Part shown: one piece after another, positions 24,801 through 34,800 of the stretch
Position numbering within the stretch: the first letter of the stretch is position 1
Layout: each line of letters begins with the position of its first letter
Assembly: GCA_903813345.2 (NCBI GenBank)
Contig: CAIIXF020000001.1
Location: 40,920,001 to 40,984,000 of the forward strand
DNA length: 64,000 nt
Source: Owenia fusiformis
Taxonomy: Eukaryota
Reading direction: 5' to 3'
The notes under the pieces: generated by a model
What the model was told of the DNA's origin: nothing
Seen by the model: the letters and a program-made list of their open reading frames with translations, nothing else
Databases searched by the model: none
Program-made: the position numbers and the translations under genes

Positions 24801-27800
24801 GAATGAAAAATAATGTTTTGCTTTGTAAAAAAATCTTCAAAAACCAAAGAATATTATTCAATTTATTAAACTTTAAAATCAATTTCTCAAATAAGTACAA
24901 TTATTTCTTAATTTTGGAATCTCAGGACACCCTTCAAAAATAATTTATTGCCTTTGAAACTAAGGCAGAAGTACAATGCATTGAAACCAATGATGCCAAT
25001 ACGGTCCCCCACATATTTCCCTCGGTATAAACCCTGTAGCCTAAACCTCCCAGCACATTACAATGTAGCCCCTAAGGGCCGGTCCGCTGGTCATTATCAG
25101 GTTATTTTTGATACAGACCAGTTGATTTTTTCACTGGGTATAGGAGAATAACATTGCAACTGGTCCGTAATTCCATTTTGACCAGCAGGTTTCAGATCCT
25201 TAGGGCCTAAGACATAACCAATTTTTATTACATGCACATGGAAGAAATTTGAAAATAGAAAAATAATTTCTAATTCATTTTAGATTAATGAAAGTGATGA
25301 AACCTCGATTTAGGTAATCACATTTTGTTCATTGGGATGCAGCTATCATTATCCATTCATTTTCTGTTGTTTGCTACTCTGTGGAGTACAATTGGGAATT
25401 GAAGCAATTGTAGAAGTGGAGACTAAGAGTGGCTCTTTGTAAAGAAATTGAACCAATTTGTTACTTTTTCAAAATATGTAGATGATCTAAAAACAATGAT
25501 CCCAAAAATGCAAAAGAAAGGACAAATCTGAAAAACATACTAGTAATAAAATAACTAAAAAGATCCCAGATGTTCAGTGAAAAGCGCAAAGTAAATCATA
25601 GACGAAGAGAAAATAAAATAAGTGTTTTAAGGGACTATACTAACATAAAGATAACTCCTTATTGATATAGTGTATGGTCAGTAAAAGTTAAAGCTAGTTT
25701 AAATAGATTTAGCTTTTTTCCACAAACTATAAAACATCATTTTGAAAGAGATTTCAATAGTATACAGACAGTGATTGCCTTTGAGCAATGTAGTGCAAAA
25801 TATTTTCCAAATTCTTTTTCAAATTTCCAATTTTTTTCTCGAAATGTTTTTTCAATTTTTTTTCACATTTTTTCAAATTTTTTTCAAAATTATTTTTCAC
25901 ATTTTCTTTCAATTTCTTTAAAATTTCTTTTTTTCAAATTTTTTGAAAATCTCGCAAACTTTAAGACCAAGAAAACGTCGTACCTTAAGTATGTTTTGGA
26001 ATTTTGATGTGCCTAGAAGTTGCTAGAACCTCAGTAGGTATGAAATACATCTGTCATGTACAGTCGGTTTTGGATACAGGGTTTATCCCGCGGGAAATAT
26101 GTGTATCTCCCTCGGTTCCTGCAGTCCCTCGGGAGATAAACATATTTCCCTTGGGATAAACCATGTATCCAAAACCTCCCAGTACATAACCCTTATTTAT
26201 TATGTACTCTATTTGAAGAAACAAATAAGTAGTCTTTCATTTTCAACATTTAATGATGACAGCTTCGTATATGCATTTCTATTGCATTTGGCCATTCAAA
26301 CCCCCATAAGACCTGGCAGCAGGGAAGATAAAGGGTACTTTTGACTGCTCACATGATCTAATTAACTGGTCATTTGTACTTTTCATCTTCCCTGGTAGCA
26401 AGGATTTAGGTTTTCGAGGAAATTAGTAATTCTATTTCATATCATGTGGCCATGAATAATCCAACGAGCATCCATAATACAAAGAGTAATTGAGGGCATA
26501 TAATTTGAATATGCATGGGATTACACATACTGTATCATTTTATTTTTTTTGATCTACTTGTAATAGTTCTAAAACGAAAACATGAAAGGCCAGGCATGCA
26601 AACTGGCATGGTTTTATGTTACACAACATTATTTTATTCTAGATACAATAACATGCATATTGGCATACTTCGTTTTAATATAAGATTGTTATAACTCCAA
26701 GTTTTGCAAGTCACATGACCAATTCTTAGAGAGTTGATTGGTTGAAACAGTTGATATCAGATATGACAATTTGAAATTAGAAATAAGCTGTTTGTCTGGA
26801 GATGGTACAATTTCACACTGAAGTCTGGCTTAATGAGAGGGAATTGAGATGGGGCATGTATCTGAGATGAAAGCCTGTGTTTCAAATAGTAAAATTCCAT
26901 GTCTATCTCAATTTTTTTGAAAATGGCAGTTAGTACAAAGTTATTCTCACGCGACGACATATTATCAATATTCAGGGCTCTCGCCAGGCTTTTAGACTGT
27001 GGCGCAGCACCACACTCTATTTAGCTCCCTCCACACCCTATTTGCAAATCATGACTGTACTTGACTGAATATACAATAAAAGCATGTAAAAAGGATAAAA
27101 CATAACATAAATATGATTTATCACGATTGAACGGTCATTCTGAGGATGTTAGCACCACACCCTAAATATTTCCTGGTGAGAGCCCTGATATTATACCCTA
27201 TCTAGCTATTTTAAGAATAACTTTGTTTTGTTATAAATAATTTGGTAGGTATCTAATTTGATATGGGAGCATGCCTTGATGGCTAGATTGTAAATATGAT
27301 GTCCCTAAATCTCAAAATCACAGATGATACTGTTTCAAGCATCTATATAATAAAATTCACGAAGATATTATAATTTCATAATAAACACCATTATTTACTA
27401 CTAGTAATTCATTTTATAATTAGCTGCATTTTAGCATCACTAATTAAAAGTATTAACTAAATATAATATAAGAAGTACACAATTATATGGCGTAAAAAAT
27501 GAGGACTAAAGTACACACATATAATTATTTCTTAATCAAACAAAATAACCAAGACTATTTATTATAGTATAAGATGTCAGGTCATTTGGTATTTTAATGA
27601 TCTTGATGTCAAAAAATTCCCCTTTTAAACAAATGGTCATTCATGAAGAAAAGGTGTGTTGGGGCATTATTTTTCAAAGCATTGGAATTACTTTTTTCTT
27701 CATGTTCCTAAAAATCACCATCGTATTTTTCAGTTGTGTTTCATCAATAAAGTTCATTTTCAGAAAAGAAAATCAGAAAATAAACAATCATTTTTAAATT

Positions 27801-30013
27801 GTAATTTGGAACTTGCAGCGAAATCATGTTTTATAAACAAATTAGACTGTGTTCCCTCTCAGTCTGTGTAATTCACCTTCCTAATACAACACAAGTTTGA
27901 AGTATAAGAGGGGAGGGGTTACACAGTCACGAAGCAAGACTATAAACAAATGTGACATATCAAAACTTTTGAATATTTAGGTATTTGACTGAAATTGATG
28001 GTACAGTGAGACTAAAGAGCAAATTCTTGCACTTGAAATGTAGAAAGTACTCAACTCATAAAATATTCAGCCAAAAAATAAACATGTACTAAATCAATAT
28101 AAGCTGGTCACACAAGAATAGCCTGACAACTGTAAAGTCAGATACCGTTGTCACAAATGGTGGACACAACCGTCGCTTCAACTCTTTAATCACATGGTCC
28201 TCATTACATGGGATTTTATCGTCGCTAATCCTGTGCATCTATTAAGCTCTTGTGATGATGTATCATATGAAATCACAATTTCGATCAAATTAGGTCATGA
28301 ATTGCCACAATATAGCGTCTTCGATATCATCAATGACAATGGAATCTGAATTTGAAATAATTTACAAAGACAACGGCAATACAGTGTCCATTGTCCCGTG
28401 TCTCATTTTGATAGGTTAAATTAAAAGCTTTATTTCGATGGTAGAACATAATTAACTGTACAATGAGTATAAAGACACTTTGATTGATTGTTGTTCGAAA
28501 GGAATTTAGTCTAGGTGCTCTATTAAACAAACAGTTCATGAAAATCAAATTGAAGCGATGGTTATGTCCACCATTTGTGACAATTGTATCTGACTTTACC
28601 ATTGTCAGGCTATTCCGGTGTGCTAGTGGCACAATGAACTATGATCCTCCATTGTTATCTGTCTACTAATCACGATGGCTCATTGTGCTTTTATTGTTAA
28701 TCAATAACCATACAGCTCATACGGGTCAAAAATCAGCTGATGCTTCCTAGTACCGATCGACCTATTTTGATAAAAAATCACTGGATTATTGATATGTAAT
28801 TTGCAAGCATTATACAAGATATTGATCTTCTACAAACATTCTGTGTTCTTTAACAATGGTTGGCAATTATTTCAACCAAATTAGGCAATGGCCTCTTTAG
28901 CCATGATAAATGGCAAATTAAACCATAAACAAGGCATTAGCATGACAAAATGCCACCACCTGAAATGGTTACAATAGTGTAACAATTGTTACAGATGAAG
29001 GCCAAATATCATCTATATCATTGGCCTTCAATATATTGCCATGGTAACAGATATTGGTAGAAAGATATTGGAACTCAAAACATGTTATATATGTTGAAAG
29101 TAAAAATTTGAAGTCCATAAATGTATTATATATAACAAAATACTTGTTAAATTATTGGTTAATAAGTTGTAAGAATTTGTTATGGGCACCAATGACCAAA
29201 CACCATCTACTTTTAGTCATGACATAAAAAACGACCTAAATAGACAGCCATGTTTTTTTGAAACTTATGGCTCTCCAACGGAGAAATGGACAGCTGAATA
29301 ATAGTGACCTTTGAAACACGAATTAAGTTGATCCGCGGCTTACTTTTGTTCTTTAATTATGTCATACATCATTATCATCCTTATGTGCAAGTATTGGAGC
29401 GCTGAAGTACTTCCTTTTCGATCAAGGCTTGTAATTGTTAGTCGACTGAATGTTTTTCTGCCAAATTCCAATATCGCGTTTTCTGCTCAGACATTTTTGT
29501 AAATTTCCAGAGGTTGTCCGAACCTAACTCATTCTCAAAATTCATTTCGTTCAGTATATTCAGTGAGTATTCAGTATATTGTATGGAGAACTTCCCATAA
29601 CCCAAGGAGTAACTCCTCGTAGCGTACGCGCGGCATTCATTTTCATTTGTGCCCACTCTAGCAAACAATCCTGTATCCGTGTGTGATGACGATAGATGAT
29701 GTAGATGATATCAAGCTTAAGCAGATGGTGAATTTGTGTGGTAATATTACATATCATGACAAATGTAAATGCTTACCTGTTTCTGTACATCTGCAACTCT
29801 TTTTCCATGCAATTTCGGAGCACTGTTGAGTTTGAATGTGATCCAGTTTCTGAGGAAGAACAACACTTCATAAATAACAGACAGGGGTAAAAGGAACAAG
29901 CAGACAAATACCCATCTGTAATTTATTAGAATATATTCTAATCCCCTGTACTTGCCGTACAAACCGGCTAAAAACACCGGTATCCCGAGATATACCGCCG
30001 ATACTTCAACCAT
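18850..30013 (-). CDS. DHCR24: Delta(24)-sterol reductase (seladin-1/DIMINUTO family), 517 aa
   Basis: Eight exons: 29777-30013, 23871-24132, 22273-22391, 21611-21877, 21155-21295, 20146-20343, 19818-19993, 18850-19003, all in phase. Motifs [93 protein letters not shown]. Confidence 0.97.
19190..19513. mobile_element. Tc1/mariner-type MITE in the last DHCR24 intron
   Basis: TIRs CTGTAAAACGGGTA/TACCCGTTTTACAG with TA flanks and subterminal CGCTAAAA repeats. Confidence 0.8.
24410..26960. mobile_element. ~2.5-kb element bounded by long inverted repeats in DHCR24 intron 1
   Basis: tcgtcgcatgagaataactttgtacta (24411-) pairs with tagtacaaagttattctcacgcgacga (-26957). A ~160-bp near-perfect inverted pair lies at 24646-24804 / 26636-26792. 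No transposase ORF. Confidence 0.7.
26056..26187. repeat. Palindromic element
   Basis: ggttttggatacagggtttatccc...gggataaaccatgtatccaaaacc hairpin. Similar palindromes at 46063-46206 and 56399-56545. Confidence 0.7.
26973..27187. mobile_element. MITE with CAGGG...CCCTG termini
   Basis: TIRs CAGGGCTCTCGCCAGG/CCTGGTGAGAGCCCTG with a 5-bp TSD ATATT. Confidence 0.8.
28105..28627. mobile_element. Element with ~75-bp terminal inverted repeats
   Basis: gaatagcctgacaactgtaaagtcagatac...cgcttcaa pairs with ttgaagcg...gtatctgactttaccattgtcaggctattc. Confidence 0.7.
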
Positions 30014-31046
30014 GGTGTCGCAAACTGAGCTGTCAAAATAATTTTCAAAAGTTTTCCAGAAATAGTCTCATTCCTTATATTTAATTTCTAATTATCAGGA
30101 AAGAAAGGTTGAAAAACTTTAAAATAACAGAAAAAATTGATTTAAACAATTACAGTTGATGATATATTATTGTATGAATATAATCTTAGGACGTTTTCAA
30201 GGTAAATTAAAATATAAGTAGGTAAATCAAAATTGAGACTATATTCAGGTGCTTTCTATTTCCGGTTCCGGGTTTGTATGTCGTTTTAAAGAAAATTCTG
30301 CTCATATTGTCGATTGTCATCTTTTATGGACTACTCAGAGATGTCATTGTTGTTACATAACAAGTCGGAAGTCTGGTTCTACCTATATTCAGCTTCACTT
30401 TTTATACTTTGAACGTAATTTATCGTGGAATAGCAGAATAGTGACCTCAAAACTCCTTCAAAATCAAATATTTGATTTTGATATATTTTAGCATACATCA
30501 CATGACTTATACTGCCAAACTCCGTGGCATTGCTAGTCTTAAACATATCACTGTGGCAGGCAGATTGTATGTTGTAAGAAAAGTTCAGAATTGACAGTAG
30601 ACTGTCTGGGCCTATAATCCAATCATTTATTCTAGTGAGCAGTTCATCCATCCTGCTAGGTTACATTGTGGAACTTAGCCAAACATGACACTGAAGGCAG
30701 TATTCTGAGGTTATGAAATCTAAATCTAAAAAATTTCCCATTTGCAGCCCCTTGGAGATTTCCGGAATTGAACAAAGTGGGGAACGTTGCGATCCTTCAA
30801 CTTTAGTTTGTTGTTTTTCACCACTTTATGTGTAGTATTTTCATTTAGGAGGCGGTCTTATTTGAATGCATCATTTCAGGTCTTTATGAATCAATAGATC
30901 AATAAGCAGACTAAAAATACAATTAAGCAGTTTCTTTCGTTGCGTAATTGGGCCTTCTATAATCAGTAGCAAATGCTCGCAAAACATTTTCCTTGAAGAC
31001 ATGGTTGGGTGACACGTCATTAGTAACATGATCAATACAGTAACTA

Positions 31047-31106
31047 GTCACGTGATCAGACAAGTGTTGCTTGATCAGACACGTGTCACATGATCAGTCA
31101 CGTGAG
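31047..31106. promoter_or_regulatory. Cluster of CLEAR/E-box motifs upstream of the NRAMP first exon
   Basis: GTCACGTGAT (31047), GACACGTGTC (31078), GTCACATGAT (31085), GTCACGTGAG (31097) within 60 bp. Confidence 0.6.
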
Positions 31107-31834
31107 CTTCCAAAATAAACGATTTAAATTTCCAAAAATTCTGCTAAGATCAATATCGATATGTTGTGTTTGGCTTCTTCCACAATGTTACCTAGCAGGA
31201 TGGATGACATAGAACAAGCTGGTAAGTAGACGCATTGTAACATTACTTCATTTCGTTATTTTAACCATCGGAACTGCTCACTAGAATAAATGACTTGATT
31301 CTACTTATCATACAACCTTAAATCTTTTTAAATGTTAGGTTTCATGGAATTGCCTGAATTTCACATATTTAACTTCGTGCGGTAGGCAAGCCCAAATTTC
31401 CGCTGACAAAATTTCACTATTATGTCAATCTGAAATATTTCATGGGCATTAAATTCCACTGTTTGAAGAAATATCAAATTGAATTCAATGTTAAATCAAA
31501 TTTTCACTGTGCCTTTAATTTCACGGTCTAGGCTCTTCAGCGAAAATAGTGAAAATTAGGCCACCTTGAAAATTTTGGCTTTTACAGTATTATATTTCAA
31601 AAATTGGCTTGTCTCTCACTTTCAAGGGTGAATATTCACATTCTTCATCAATTAATCAGAGATTCACTTTTCAGGATTTAAACAATCAAACTCATGTGGA
31701 CACTTAACAAAGAAGTATCCTCTACTGTAGCACTTGTCAAAGAAGTATCCTCTACTGTAACTTCATACACATTGCCCACTGTTGAATCTTCCTGTCGAAT
31801 CTCAGAGTAAAGTTTGATTCTGGAGGAAGCAAAC

Positions 31835-34800
31835 ATGACGATATCAGATGAGGAGAGCAAGCCTCTCATACCAAAACCAGATATTCAAGGAGGAACTAGA
31901 GAAGTTGATAATCTGAACAACCAGGCGACTGATGATCCAAACTTTGAAATAACGCCTGGGCAAGTCTTGGTACCACAGGATGAAAATGTAGGTCACTTTA
32001 TATAAGTAGAACACAGTTTTGTAATTCCAATCTAAAGTGGGTCACTTATTCACAAAAAAATCCCTAGATGTGGGTAACATTTTGAAGAAAAAACTTACAA
32101 CTGGGTCTACTTTTTGAAAATCCTGGGTGTTGTTCTTGAAAAAATCGCCGGAAGTATTTTTTTTTAAAAACTACCTCGTATGGGTCTATTTTTGAAATAG
32201 AAACCCTAGATGTGGGTCCATTTTTAGAGAATAAATCCCTTGATGTAAGTAGATATTTTGAATCCCAGCAGCACACTAAACAATAGCACAAAAGTACAAA
32301 AAGTTTACCAGTGACTACATTCACATTCTAGGCTTAGCAAAGTGTCTCTAGAGGTATCAATACAAATGAATAAAAATATGCAATAAAAATTAGATTGCTA
32401 TTTTCTTCTAGGTATATTCATAAGTTTTAGATTAGGATAAAGTAGAAAGTATGAATTAACTGTAAGTACAATTACTCTAAAAACTTGAAAATTGACTTAA
32501 GTTTTTTTTGCAGTATAAGTTTAGTTTCCGTAAACTATGGGCCTTCACAGGTCCTGGTTTTCTGATGAGCATCGCCTACCTTGACCCTGGTAACATAGAG
32601 TCTGATCTACAGGCAGGGGCCATAGCTAAATACAAGGTAAATAATTAATTATTTTTACTTCAATAATTTGGATATTTAGTATTTGCATGCACCATGGTAT
32701 GATTGCATGGACCATAGTGTGCTTACAAGAACAATGGTACAATTACCCGGGGCATAATGTGCTTACAAGGACCATGTTATGGTTACATGGACCATAGTTT
32801 GCTTACAAGGACCATGGTATGATTACATTGACCCTAGTCTGCTTACAAGGAGCATGGTATGATTACATGGACCATGGTATGCTTACAAGGAGCATGGTAT
32901 GATTACATGGAGCATAGTGTGCTTACAAAGAAGGACCATAGTATGATTACATGACCATAATGTGCTTACAAGGACCATGGTATGATTACATGGACCCTAG
33001 TCTGCTTACAAGGAGCATTGTTTGATTACATGGACCTAGTCTGCTTACAAGGAGCATGGTATGATTACATGGACCATAATGTGCTTAAAAGGACCATGGT
33101 ATGATTACATGGACCTAGTCTGCTTACAAGGAGCATGGTGTGATTACATGACCATAATGTGCTTACAAGGACCATGGTATGATAACATGGACCCTAGTCT
33201 GCTTACAAGGAGCATGGTATGATTACATGGACCATAGTATGCTTACAAGGAGCATGTTATGGTTACATGGACCATAATGTGCTTAGAAGGACCATGGTAT
33301 GATTACATGGACCTAGTCTGCTTACAAGGAGCATGGTATGATTACATGACCATAATGTGCTTACAAGGACCATGGTATGATTACATGGACCCTAGCCTGC
33401 TTACAAGGAGCATGGTATGATTACATGGACCCTAGTCTGCTTACAAGGAGCATGGTATGATTACATGGACCATAGTATGCTTACAAGGAGCATGTTATGG
33501 TTACATGGACCATAGTATGCTTACAAGGACCATAGTATGATTACATGGAGCATAGTGTGCTTACAAAGAAGGACCATAGTATGATTACATGACCATAATG
33601 TGCTTACAAGGACCATGGTATGATTACATGGACCCTAGTCTTCTTACAAGGAGCATGGTATGATTACATGGACCATAGTATGCTTACAAGGAGCATGTTA
33701 TGATTACATGGACCCTAGTCTGCTTACAAGGAGCATGGTATGATTACATGGACCATAGTATGCTTACAAGGAGCATGTTATGGTTACATGGACCATTATG
33801 TGCTTACAAGGAGCATGGTGTAATTACATGGACCATAGTATGCTTACAAGGAGCATGGTATGATTACATGGAGCATAGTGTGCTTACAAAGAATGACCAT
33901 AGTATGATTACATGACCATAATGTGCTTACAGGGACCATGGTATGATTACATGGACCATAATATGCTTACAAGGAGCATGGTATGATTACATGGACCATA
34001 GTATGCTTACAAGGAGCATGTTATGGTTACATGGACCATTATGTGCTTACAAGGACCATGGTATGATTACATGGACCATAGTATGCTTACAAGGAGCATG
34101 GTATGATTACATGTACCATAGTATGCTTACAAGGAGCATGGTATGATTACATGGACCATAGTATGCTTACAAGGAGCATGGTATGATTACATGGAGCATT
34201 ATGTGCTTACAAAGAAGGACCATAGTATGATTACATGACCATAATGTGCTTACAAGGACCATGGTATGATTACATGGACCCTAGTCTGCTTACAAGGAGC
34301 ATGGTATGATTACATGGACCATAGTATGCTTACAAGGACCATAGTATGATTACATGGAGCATAATGTGCTTACAAAGAAGGACCATAGTATGATTACATG
34401 ACCATAATGTGCTTACAAGGACCATGGTATGATTACATGGACCATAGTATGCTTACAAGGACCATAGTATGATTACATGGAGCATAATGTGCTTACAAAG
34501 AAGGACCATAGTATGATTACATGACCATAATGTGCTTACAAGGACCATGGTATGATTACATGGACCCTAGTCTGCTTACAAGGAGCATGGTATGATAACA
34601 TGGACCATAGTATGGTTACAAGGAGCATGGTATGATTACATGGACCATAGTATGCTTACAAGGAGCATAGTGTGCTTACAAAGAAGGACCATAGTATGAT
34701 TACATGACCATAATGTGCTTACAAGGACCATGGTATGATTACATTGACCATAGTATGCTTACAAGGAGCATGGTATGATTACATGGACCATAATGTGCTA

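Noticed and set aside
29036..29048. RFX X-box-like TTGCCATGGTAAC
   Set aside because: It lies inside a copy of the HINE-like repeat family within an intron, not near a plausible promoter.
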